A stretch of DNA of 64,000 bases. Source: Basidiobolus meristosporus CBS 931.73 (taxonomy: Eukaryota > Fungi > Basidiobolomycota). The position numbers were made by a program, and so were the translations under genes. Under the pieces are notes generated by a model. That model was not told the DNA's origin and did no database searches. It was given only the letters and a program-made list of their open reading frames with translations. Shown here in pieces: positions 1 through 11,336 of the stretch. Position 1 is the first letter of the stretch. Each line of letters starts with the position of its first letter. The stretch lies in NCBI GenBank assembly GCA_002104905.1, contig MCFE01000395.1:18027-82026 (forward strand), read 5' to 3'.

Positions 1-711
1 TTCTTCCCCTTGAAATTCACCTTCTGATTCCTCAAGGTATTCATTTACCCTCTGTCTGATACTTTGGAACTGTTGCCTGGATGATTCCTATGTATATTGA
101 CCTTGGTAGCCACTTAGCTCTACTAATATATCATGTAGTATATTAGTCATTTGAGGCAAAAACGTATTCAAAATCTCTTTGGTTCCCAAAGTTCAGTGAC
201 AAACAGATGCATTCAGCCTGTACTGAGCAAACTATGTGCAAAATTGTTCTTTTGTGGCTTCCTCATCAAATCCCCTCACTCTCAGCTCATTCTTGATTCC
301 AATATTTGTCTTGTTATATATCTTCTTACATATATATGCTGGCATATTGATGCAGAGCTCATGCTGCAGCTCTCTACTCAGATTCTTCCATCTCTGTCAA
401 CTCTCTGAAGTATCTAGTTCTGCCAGATTAATAAGTAGTGCCCAAATATCTGTACAAGGACTCATCAGAGACAATTGGGCACTACTAAAATCATTTGGCA
501 AGAACTCAAACAGATCCAACATCAACTATTCAAGTCTGAACCACACTTGTGAGCTGGTGGATGGATTTTGTCTGCGTTGTACTAAAATGAGCTGAGACTT
601 GGTATAGGGACCATAGTGATGGACTTGGATACTTATACAATAGTGTATTGACAAAAGCCTGGCCATATATGAAATAAATATGAAAACAACTGTGATAGTT
701 AAACTTTCCAT
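1..711 (-). pseudogene. Decayed ORF divergent from the DDE transposase, possibly the second (Myb/SANT-like) ORF of the element
   Basis: One frame runs about 235 codons to the window edge with only 5 stops (3 TAG, 2 TGA, all compatible with CAG/CGA C-to-T change). Contains QRWKNLSRELQ. Product assignment is inference. Confidence 0.45.
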
Positions 712-990
712 ATATTATGCACAATGCATCTTGGACTGCATTAACATGGATCAGATCACATCAATTGCAGATTTCCTATTTGATTATAGACTTGCAAGGA
801 AAGCATTGACAGAAATATCAAGTCATTCTTTGTGGATAATTCTTGCAACTTAACAATGGGATACATGGCAATTAATGGAGAATTCATCATAAAGAATGGA
901 AAAGCAAATAAATAAAGCTGATTGTGCCAAATTGATTTGTATCACCTCAGGCCAGTCACCTTCTAGTTATAATATGACTTACTCATCTGA

Positions 991-1904
991 ATGGTTTTTC
1001 TCATCCATTCTGTCACTACCACTAGACTTCCTTTTGACACATTAGAGGAGATCTATACCAAGTGCTGTGGACCATCTACCCTAATCTACTCAAGGAGATC
1101 CCTTGTTAAGCTTCTCTACTATTACAGGAACTATTGCTCTACAAGGCTTCATCCCCCCATACATGGCAACAAAAGTCCTAGAAGCTTTCATTCACTGCTG
1201 AGAGCAATGGAGAGCCACCTTGCAGAGGGTATGAATGACTTAGAGCAAGCTTGAAATACTAGGTTCAGAAACCCCAATAGACTTCCATATTCCATAGTGT
1301 TCAGCAACAGGTTCCATATCAAGAATATTTTGGACACCATCCCAGTTAAGATTAAGAGGACTTCTAGAGGGCAGATGCACTTTTATTCTGGCAAGTACAA
1401 GGCACACTGTGTGAAGTTTCAAGCACTGTCTGACATTGAGGGTACCATCATCTGGTTTAGTGGGCCATTTGCCAGAAGCAGGCACAACAAAGCACTCTGG
1501 TTAGAGAATCTTCCAGAGTTCAGTAGAGGGGAGAAATGAATGGCAGACTTACCATTATAGGAGACAATTGTCAGAGATTAGGTTGTGATACAGCTTATAG
1601 GAAGCTAAGGAATGGTGTGCTTAGCAGGAAGCTGAAGCACTACAATGAGATATTTAATCATTTCAGAGTGAGGGTAGCACATACACTTGGATATCTGAAG
1701 AGATTCAGCATATTGGCAGGTGAATACAGAGGAAACTCAAATATAGGAGAAAGCAGCAGAAAAGGTAAAATAGTTTACATAATTATTAATGTACAGTATA
1801 TTCATATAAGTAGACACTCACGAGAGAAATGTGTTAGGAGCATTATCAAGAGTAAATATAGCACAAAAAACACTATTCTGAGCAACATAAGTAAGATTGA
1901 GTAA
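991..1904 (+). pseudogene. DDE_Tnp_4 (IS5/PIF-Harbinger family) transposase pseudogene
   Basis: Motifs ILDTIPVKIKR, FYSGKYKAHCVKFQ, GTIIWFSGP, IIGD and YNEIFNHFRVRVAHTLGYLKRFSIL match the DDE_Tnp_4 pattern. Split by a stop and a frameshift across ORFs 991, 1297 and 1536. Confidence 0.82.
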
Positions 1905-4188
1905 GATTACCAGTAAATATATTCTACCACTGGAACTATGGTAGAAATTATAGTTCCAGATAATGCCATAGAGTGCTGGATCAATCTGGCACTATAAACA
2001 GGCTGGCACTATGTGGCACTATTCAACAGAACAAGTCTATTGTATCTGCTCATCATGTTACTAGACTATTTGCTGATATCTCCAGGCCATTGCATTTATT
2101 CAATTAACCACTGCACCTTATTGCCCTGTTAATATTTTGGTATAAGTCAATAACATATATGCTAGTATGGGTGGCAATGATGTTATGACAGCCACTAGCA
2201 GGACTTCAGCCAAAGGTACTGTGATTGCTACATTCTCATCTGCCTGAGCATGATCATGAGCCTGCAACTGTGCAGAGACTTCTGTTTGCCTACTTGTATA
2301 AGAGCCTAGGAAGTCTGGAGTATTACCTTCATTGGGCATGCTGTCAACATGCCTTTTTTAGAACGTAGCCTGGCTTGTTACACTGAATGTCAAAGCAAGC
2401 TGTTATTGTACCGTTCTTTGGCTGCTGTTATCCATGTTGCTTGGCTGGGAGCAAGATGTGTTTGCTTTATTTTTTGGTGGCATATTTATAGCAATAGTCA
2501 AATCAAAGGGGAAATAGTGATATTTTTACACATATATGTGATGCCACAGCTTGATACACAATACTCTCTATGGGAGGTCTTTATTGACTCTTGCATTCAT
2601 GTGGGTGCAATGTCCCAAATGCAAGACTATCTTAAGCTCACATGAGTATTGATATAAAGAAATATAATGATGTTACATTGTTGAGTGTCAAACTGTTTGC
2701 CCCATGGAGATGACTACTTTGATTCAATGCTGTAAGTGAAGAGAAAAGAGACCATGTGACTATTGTAACAAGCCACTCAGACATGAAGTACACAGACAGC
2801 ATAGGAAATATTAAAATGGTCATGGACAGTGTTTTGCCACACAAGTTATGCTTGACCATTCATCAGTTGCTACTGTACCAACAATAACTGGCTGGCCATT
2901 TGGTATTTCTATGATGGCACCTAGCTGTATTGTTGCCTTTCACAAGCTGAGCCAGGTGACTTTGTGACACCTCTAGGCTCACCTCAGCCTTCTGAATATG
3001 GCACACAGTGTAATAGTTCTCAGGAAGCAGGCTCACTGGTGAATTGTGAGCTTATCTTCCCTATCAACTGCACCTGGTATGAGCCTGGCAATATTCCAAT
3101 TTGCAATGAGGCACCACTGATTGAAAATAATGCCAAGAACACTTTGTAGAGCCAAATATGCCCAGTAATCCACCTATGGTTGAATCATGTGTTATAGTGG
3201 CTAGATAAGTGGTGTGATTTACAAATATCAGTAAGGGGTCCTTCCATGATGTAACCTGCCACGTACATAATACAAATGGACCACTGTCATGCACCTGGCA
3301 ATATATGACCCAGAGATATTCCTAATACAACCATGTGTTATCAGTTGCATGGCATTTACATCAGGAAATGCCACAATTGCAAGGTGTCTCACCTGTCAGG
3401 AATCCACTACTATAGGAGGATTGCATTGTTTACACTTCAGATATATTTCAGTAATACCCCATCTTAAGAAGCCCATGCAGTCCAACAGATGTAGTGAAGC
3501 TATAAAGTACTGCACTCAGCATCAATCAAGTGAAAATATTTTTGATATAGATGATAACAAACATTGCCAACAGCTAAGAAGCCAGGGTTACCTTGAAAGT
3601 ATATATGACCACACCTTTGCCTTTGCATTTGATGGATTTACATTAAACAAATACTCTACCAGTTAATCCTCCTGGCCATTGATTCTCATTAACCTGAATC
3701 TGACAGCTATCAAATGATATCAGAGCAGAGATCTGGTGCTAGTCTCACAGGGTTTGGGGCCTAAATTACTGTCTAACCTGGGCAGCTAGTAGTATCCATT
3801 GCTGGATGCATCTGTTGCAATTTAAGAAGTGATTTGGATATAAGGTACTTATCAAGAAATAGTGATAATAGTTGAACTGTTGTTTATTCACAAAGAAGCT
3901 CAGTATTTATACCTTTGTAGAAGTAATACAGCTGCAACACTAAGTAGGGAGGGTTTCTCAATATTCAGGAGCATTCTGTAACAGTTTCAGGGTTAGTACA
4001 TAATGTTTGGTAATAGTGCTAATTTGATCCTGACTATAGGGGAATAATCATAAGATCATATATCTGGAGAAAGTGGCAAAGTTAAGGCAGTAAATGAGTC
4101 CTACAGTGACTAAGACTAGCCTAGAATTGTTAAATAAATTTTTAGCTGCTGAATGATACCAAATAGTCCAATGTTTCAACACTCCCCC

Positions 4189-7100
4189 TCAACTAAATAA
4201 ATTCTTTGCAATATCTGGGCGTGTAGACACCATCAAGTACATTAAGCTACCAACCATTGATTGATAGGGAAAGTTTTGGTCCATATATGAGCTGTTTTCA
4301 TCTATAACTGGCTGAGATTTGCTTAATGTCAGGTTATTGTACATAGGGGTTACTGTAGGTTTGCAATTTTCCATTTTGAAGCGTCTAAGAATGTCCCTGA
4401 TGCACTTAGACTAACTCAGCACAGTTTTCTGCATAGGTATGTCAAATTTGACCTCATTTCCAAGAAAATAGCTCAATTTTCCAAGATCTTTCATCTCAAA
4501 CTTGCTGAAGAGATCTGATTTTGTCTGTTTAAGTGCCTCTTGATCACTTGTAGCTATAATTAGGTCGTCCACATAAGGAACTAGGATGATCACACCCTTT
4601 TTGAGCTGTTTCACATATATACTGTGATCTGCAGTGCTACGAGCGAACCCAATTTCCTCTAGATATGTGTCAATCTTGTTATACCATGCTCTGGGTGCCT
4701 GCTTAAGCCCATACAACGATTTTCTAAGTTTGCATACCTTATGGGGGCTTTTTGGATTGGTAAAACCTTCTTGTTGCTCCATATATATAGTTTCTTGCAA
4801 ATCCCCATTTAGAAAGGCTGTTTTGACGTCCATTTGGTGTAGATCTAGGCTGTGAACAGCTGCCAGGGCTAGAACTGTCCTAATAGAGTTAAACTTGGCA
4901 ACCGGAGCAAATGTTTCCTTAAAGTCTAGTCCCTGGATCTGGGAATAGCCTTTAGCTACCAATCTAGCCTTGTACTTATCAACGGCACCATTTGAGGTTA
5001 TCTTGATCTTGTAGACCCATCTACATCCTATTGGCTTTCTCCCATTTGGTAAATCTACCAGTTCCCACGTTTTTGCCTTGATCAGTGATTGGTACTCCTC
5101 CTGCATGGCTTGTTGCCACTTAGTAGTATCTGGACCTTGCATTGCCTGTTCCAGATTCTGAGGTTTGGCACATAAGGCAAGATAAGCTTCTTCATGATCA
5201 TTGGATGTCTGCCACCAGGATCCAGGGGCATTTCTTATTCTGATAGATCTCCTAACTGGGATAATCTGATCTGATCTGGAACTGGTAGAAGTATCTTCCA
5301 TCTCTGGCTGGATTTGGTACGTATCTTCTGCATTTGTGTTGATTGCATCATCAGGCAGCTGGCCAATGATTTTTGTGGCTTTCTGATCTGAATTCTCCTC
5401 AAATACAACGTCCCTGCTCTTGATCAGCTTCTGAATTTTGCCATCATACACTCTATACCCTTAAGTATCTTCACAATACCCAAGAAAGATCCCTTTTCTA
5501 CTCTTTGGTTCCAACTTTGAGCGTTTTTTGTCAGGGATGTGATAAAAAACATAAACGCCAAAGATCCTGAGGTGCTGGAGATCTGGTTTTTTGCCTGTAT
5601 ATGCTTCAAAGGGTGTAGAATCACGTAGGGCTGTTGTTGGGCATCTGTTCTTGATGTATACAGCAGTAGCAACAGATTCAGCCCAAAACTTGTAGTGCAT
5701 TCCCTTATCATGTGGCATAGATCTTCCCATCTCTACTATTGTTCTATTTGCACGTTCTGCTACTCCATTTTGCTGTGGAGTATGAGGAACTGTGGTCTGT
5801 TGAAGTATACCAGTAGACAAGCAGTATTTTGCAAACTCCTTTGAGCAGTATTCTCCTCCATTGTCACTTTGTAGTACCTTCAATTTTCACCCAGTTTGTG
5901 TTTCTGCCATGTTCTTGAAGTGCTTAAACGTCTCTAAAGCTTCATCCTTTGTTTTGAGGAAGTACACCCATGTATATCTTGTCTTGTCATCAATAAACGT
6001 CATAAAGTATCTCTTGGCTCCAAAGGACAGTGTTCTCATGGGGCCACATATGTCTGAGTGTACAATAGCCAATATTTCGGTGGTATTGATGCCTTCTGAG
6101 CTCTTGAAACGTTGCCTAGCTTGTTTGCCATATGAATATCCCTTACAAACATTCAATTTGATCGGAATTGAGTATTTTAGGCCCAAAACAAGCTGATTTT
6201 TCACCAATTGGCTCATTTTCTGTTCCCCTATGTGTCCTAGCCTCCTATGCCATGTCTTCCAGTAGGTTTCATCAGTTTCAGCAATGTTGACATACTCAGG
6301 TACAATGATCTTGCATTGTAACTTGTATATATTGTGATCTCTGATTCCCAAAGCTAATTTTTGTCCATTTTCACTCAATATTGAGCAGCTCAGCTTAGTA
6401 AAAACAAATTTCAGTCCCTGAGTAGTTGCTTTACTGACTGAGAGTAGGTTCTTAGCTATTCCAGGTATATAGAGTACGTCAGTCAGTTTTGCTGTTGTTG
6501 CCCCTGAGTTATCACTCATATTTAGTTGTATAAACCCACTGGCGGTAGCTTCCAATGCAGAGTTATCTCCCAGATAAACCTTTCTTACGGGAATAGTCTT
6601 TAAGTTGCTGAACCAATCCTTTATACCACAAATATGCTGTGATGCTCCAGAGTCAATATACCATTCATTACTTTGGTTACTTGCACCCTCTTGTACAGTG
6701 ACAAATAGCTGTTCATCAGTAGTTATATGGTTTGCCTGCTCTAGTTTCTGTTTTTTGTCTGCTTGTTTCTTCTTGCATTCTCTTGCTCAGTGTCCTGGCT
6801 TCTTACAGTAGTTACAGCAGCCAGGTTTTCTTTGGTTTTGTTGCTTTCCCTTCTTTTCTGTATGCCTTTCTGAACTGAATAAAGCATTATCTTCAATTTT
6901 CTCTGCTTGGTCATTACGTCTGAGTTCTTCATGGAGAAGTCTTCCTTTGACATAGTCTAAAGTCAAGTTGTCTTCTCTGCTTTCAAAAGAAAGTATGAGT
7001 GGCTCATACTTGTCTAGTAGGCTGCAAAGCAGACAGAGTATCTTTTCTTCATCATCTACACCAGCATTAATACTGTAAAGTTCTTCTGCAAGTGTCTCCA

Positions 7101-7500
7101 TTCTGGTAATGAGTTGTAGCATGTCATCATCTGGCTTTTTTCTCATGTTGAAGAACTTTTGTTTCGAATAAAGCTTGCTTGATACTGACTTTGCTCTAAA
7201 GATCTTCTCCAAGGATTCCCATGCTGCTTTGGCAGTATTTGAGGCATGGATTTGTCCAATGAAGGAGTCTTGCACATTAATGCATATTGCATTGAAGGCC
7301 TTTCTCTCCTTCTCTTGAAACTTCTCCAAATCTTCTGCTGTTCCTTTGGGCTCAACTTCCTTTCCTGTTACTATGTTCCAAAGCTTTCTTTCCTCAAGGT
7401 GGATCTGCATCTTGATTCTCCAAAGTCTGTAGTTCTTCCCATCAAACCTCTCCTTTACAGGGAAGATGTTGGTATTGCTTTGTTTGCTGGTAGAAGTCAT
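4189..7500 (-). pseudogene. copia gag-pol polyprotein of C1 (in-frame stops, about 590-bp RNase H deletion)
   Basis: FDGKNYRLWRIKM gag, CNYCKKPGH knuckle, WYIDSGAS protease, HSDICGP/FIDD/SDNGGEY integrase, QMDVKTAFLNG/YVDD RT. Ends STRPDIA then jumps to the PPT. Confidence 0.93.
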
Positions 7501-7522
7501 CTTTAGAATAGATTAAGGCAAT

Positions 7523-7536
7523 CAGGGCTCATAACC
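7523..7536 (-). other. Primer-binding site GGTTATGAGCCCTG of C1 (tRNA-iMet anticodon stem-loop, half-tRNA priming)
   Basis: Directly abuts the 5' LTR. Complementary to CAGGGCUCAUAACC of initiator tRNA-Met, as in yeast Ty5. Confidence 0.9.
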
Positions 7537-10500
7537 TGTTGCAATTTAAGAAGTGATTTGGATATAAGGAACTTATCAAGAAATAGTGATAATAGTTGAA
7601 CTGTTGTTTATTCACAAAGAAGCTCAGTATTTATACCTTTGTAGAAGTAATACAGCTGCAACATTAAGTAGGGAGGGTTTCTCAATATTCAGGAGCATTC
7701 TGTAACAGATTCAGGGTTAGTACATAATGTTTGGTAATAGTGCTAATTTGATCCTGACTATAGGGGAATAATCATAAGATCATATATCTGGAGAAAGTGG
7801 CAAAGTCAAGGCAGTAAATGAGTCCTACAGTGACTAAGACTAGCCTAGAATTGTTAAATAAATTTTTAGCTGCTGAATGATACCAAATAGTCCAATATTT
7901 CAACAGCATCTTGTATGCTTTCCAGCAGGACACTACCAAAGGTGTCATACATAGTGCATATTGTTTTCTGCATTGGAGATACCCTAGCCATCAGCAAGAT
8001 GGCTGACTTTTCTGGGCACAGTGAACGGCATTGCTGTTAAATATGTAAGATCCTGGGGATTTACACCATTATCCACACAAACTACTATTTTATGTATACC
8101 ATACTAAAAACCGCATCTCCCCACAGAAGGATTGTACATTAGTCAGCACGCAATTGCAGCAAAGTAGGCAAGCTATAAATCATTAGCTAGAATATGGAAT
8201 TAATTGGAAACTGGGGATAATTCTAATGCAAAGTGTCTGTTGGGGCAAATGCTTTTTGCTAGGAGTATTGCAATAGTTTTGCAACAATATACCTGTACTA
8301 ATGGCAAAGGTGATCAAGAAGCATTTCAAGCTGAATGCACCCTTTGAGATACCTGAGAAATTTGAAATAATTGACAACCTATTGCAGAGTACCCACTACT
8401 CAAAGTACTAGTTATATGCTACAATCAATATTCAAATGCAAGGACTGGATGAACTCTACATGAATACAGGAATACTCTACCAAGGTATGCCAGAATTCGC
8501 TTGGCCACATGCCAACTTCTACACTATTCAATACAGAGCTCACTCAAACAAAAGCCAGAATGCACATTTAGGGGGGACAAGAATCCAGCAGGGAGTATGA
8601 GTTTACTGCTTAAATGCTAAGAAGGTCTTTGCAGATATTTGGGATCATTCTATAGCAGTTTCACAGTTAGTATATAATTATTGGTAAAAGTGCTAATTTG
8701 ATCTTGACTCCAGCAAGATGATAATAGGAGCAAGAATCTGAAAGAAAATGGGGAATTTAGGGCTGCAGATTATTCATACTGTGACTAAGACTAGTTCAGA
8801 GCTGTAAAGTAAATTTTCAGCTGCGGAATGATACCAAATAGCTCAATGTTTCCGCACTCCCTCTTGACAGAATGATTTCTTAGTGCTAATTTCTCTCTGA
8901 TATTCTCAAATTGTGGCCTAGCTATTAGTTTGTCAATATGTCTGGCACCACTTTGTCAGCTGGGCAGTAAGACAACTCTGCTAAGATATTTTCCACTGCT
9001 TCTCCCACCAAGTGGTGTTGTATATCTATGTGCTTGGTTCTAGCATAATTAGTAGGATTTCCAGCTAATGAAATATAGCCTTGATTATCCTTGTAAATAC
9101 ATATTGGTCACTTGAATTAAAACCCAAGTCTTAGAGTAATTTTTGTAAACATAGAGCCTTCAGATGAAATATTGAACTATTTGGCATCACCTAGCAGCTA
9201 AAACCTTACCTAACAATTCTGTAGTAGTCTTTTCACTGTTGGACCAATATTTAGCCCTAACTTTGCCACTCTCTTTCAGATCTAGGATTCTATGAATACC
9301 CCCCTAGAGTAAAGATCAAATTAACACTTTTACCCAATATGTTGTACCAACCCTGAAACTGTTGCACAATGCTCCTTAGTGTAAGGAAAGCCTCTGTACT
9401 TGGTGTTAAGGTTGTATTACTCCTACAAAGTTATCAATATGAGCTTTGTTATGAACAAACAACGGTTTACCTATTATCATTATATCTTGATCAGTTCCTA
9501 ATATCAAGACACTTCTTAAATTGCAACAGGTTATGAGCCCTAATTGCTTTGCTTTAATCAAAATATAACATCTACCACTAAACAAGACCCTATGAGAGTT
9601 TATTGTGATGCTCCCATCATAAGGCCTTCACAGATTTTAAGTCCCATGGCTAAGAGGTACTGATCCTGTCAGGATACTGTGCAAAGATTGTTGAAAAATA
9701 ACTGCACCCCAAATTTCACAAAAAACTTTGTCAAAATATTTTGTCACAACAATATATATGTTGCTTTTGACTGGTTTCCTGCCAATTTGCTCACTTTGTG
9801 ATCCCAGACACTCAATCAACTCCTACATTTAGGTACATTGATTGGCCATTGCCTCTTTTTCACACTCCTAACTTCCCCACTCAACTGTTTCACTTACTTT
9901 TCACATGTACAAATTGATTTAGTTTCATTGAAACTTCAGTTGTATCTCAGTTGCTAACTGGACTGACCTATACAAGTCACTATACCCCACACTAACATTG
10001 AGCCCTACCCCACACTCAACAAGTAACTCCATTAAAGTCCACCACTCAATAAGTGTTTCTGCTGCAATGATCTGTTTGGATGACTTTGGCAGGAAACCAA
10101 AAGCTTTGTGCCACTGTCCATTCACTGGTTCCCACACATCCTGGTTTTCAGCTGACATTGCAAGGTCTAGCACCTCTTCTGTCAGTCTTTGCAATAAATC
10201 CTTGCAAAATCCAAGTGGATTTTTTCAAGCACTGCTCTTGAAGAAGTGCTGTAACTTCTTGGTGTGCATATTAAAGTACCAAAATTTCACTGCAAGCATT
10301 GTGAAAGTCTTTTAAGTTTTTGATGTTTTAGCCTTGTTTGTTGGTGGGATCTCTACTCTGTCAATAATGGTGGATGTGGAGGCTGTGGTTGACAAATTGA
10401 CTTTCTCTGCAAACTCATCTACCTTACTGGAGTATAGCTCCACTGCCTGCGCATCCAATTCTTGTGAAAGCAGCTGTATTCTTATTAGTAATTCTTCTGT

Positions 10501-11336
10501 GCTACCATGTGATCAATCTGTTCTGCGCTGGTGGAATTAAGCAAGAACTACATTGTTTTTGCTGGCTTTCCTGTCTCAGACTTAGGTAGATATTTTCCCC
10601 CTCACCTTTTTCTTTATTACAGCCAAGTCTTTCACTGCTACTTTGTCTGAGTGCTACATGTAATGGGCTATATTTTCCCCCTAATAAATTCTGCTCTGAC
10701 TCATCTGTTTTGGCCTGTATTTCCCTTGCTGGCACTCTACTGGCAACCTGACATCTCATTACTGCTAGTTTTAAGCTCTCAGCCATGGTTGTAACAGGCT
10801 CTGGAGAAAGCTGCTGGTTTTTTTCACTGCCAGGTCCTTCAGTACTACTTCAACTGAGTGCCTCTTGAGTAGTACTATGCTTTTTCCTTGATAAGTGTTG
10901 GCTGGTGCCTCCATGTCTGCCTGTTTGTCCCTTGTTGGCACTCTTCCAGCCATCTGACATCTCTTTGACACTTGTTTGGAGCTTTTGGCCCTGCTTGCAA
11001 CAGGCTCTTCAGGAAGCCATTGGCTCTTAGCTGCGGCACCCTTGTTCTTTGCCTTTGATAGTTTCTGCTATTCTTAAAGTAACTTCTGACAGCTTCTTGA
11101 ATATTAGTCTACTCTTCATCATTGCACTCAATGACTTCATGGATCTTTAATGTCTTTTGATTTTTAGCCTTTGGTATAAACACCACATTGTCTCCCTCAC
11201 ATGCTGTGATAGGTTTTCCAGTGGGCTCTATTTTTGGGCAATGTTTTGCACTTCAAAGACTGTACAGTGTTCCTCTGATGTTATATTGGGAAATGGCTCA
11301 ATTCTTGGCTGTGACATTGAGTTACTTCTTTGCAGT

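Larger units (their letters stand above)
1..2038. mobile_element. Decayed PIF/Harbinger-ISL2EU-type (PHIS) DNA transposon, left end outside the window
   Basis: DDE_Tnp_4-like transposase relic at 991-1904. Right terminus GGCACTATTCAACAGAACAAGTCT (2015-2038) is 23/24 identical to the terminus of the foldback element at 43548-43571. GGCACT subterminal repeats at 1988-2020. Confidence 0.7.
3813..7905 (-). mobile_element. Ty1/copia LTR retrotransposon C1 (family A), RNase H deleted
   Basis: 369-bp LTRs at 3813-4181 and 7537-7905 (TG..CA, 5 differences). Perfect 5-bp TSD GCATC (3808-3812 and 7906-7910). Primer site at 7523-7536, PPT at 4182-4194. Domain order gag-PR-IN-RT. Confidence 0.97.
2041..8640 (+). 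mobile_element. CACTA/En-Spm-like DNA transposon relic, copy 1 (truncated at both ends, interrupted by copia C1)
   Basis: 2041-3812 and 7911-8640 are colinear with, and roughly 65-70% similar by eye to, 16680-19800. Transposase_21-like motifs are present. Termini not found. Confidence 0.72.
2964..8640 (+). pseudogene. Transposase_21 (En/Spm tnp2)-like transposase pseudogene, copy 1, split by C1
   Basis: CVISCMAF..CLTC, DIDDNKHCQQL, FAFAFDGF, WPLILINLN, then after the insertion GDTLAISKMADFSGHS..CC. Confidence 0.75.

Noticed and set aside
7523-7536. tRNA-Met gene fragment CAGGGCTCATAACC
   Set aside because: Only 12-14 nt, always abutting an LTR. It is a primer-binding site, not a tRNA gene.
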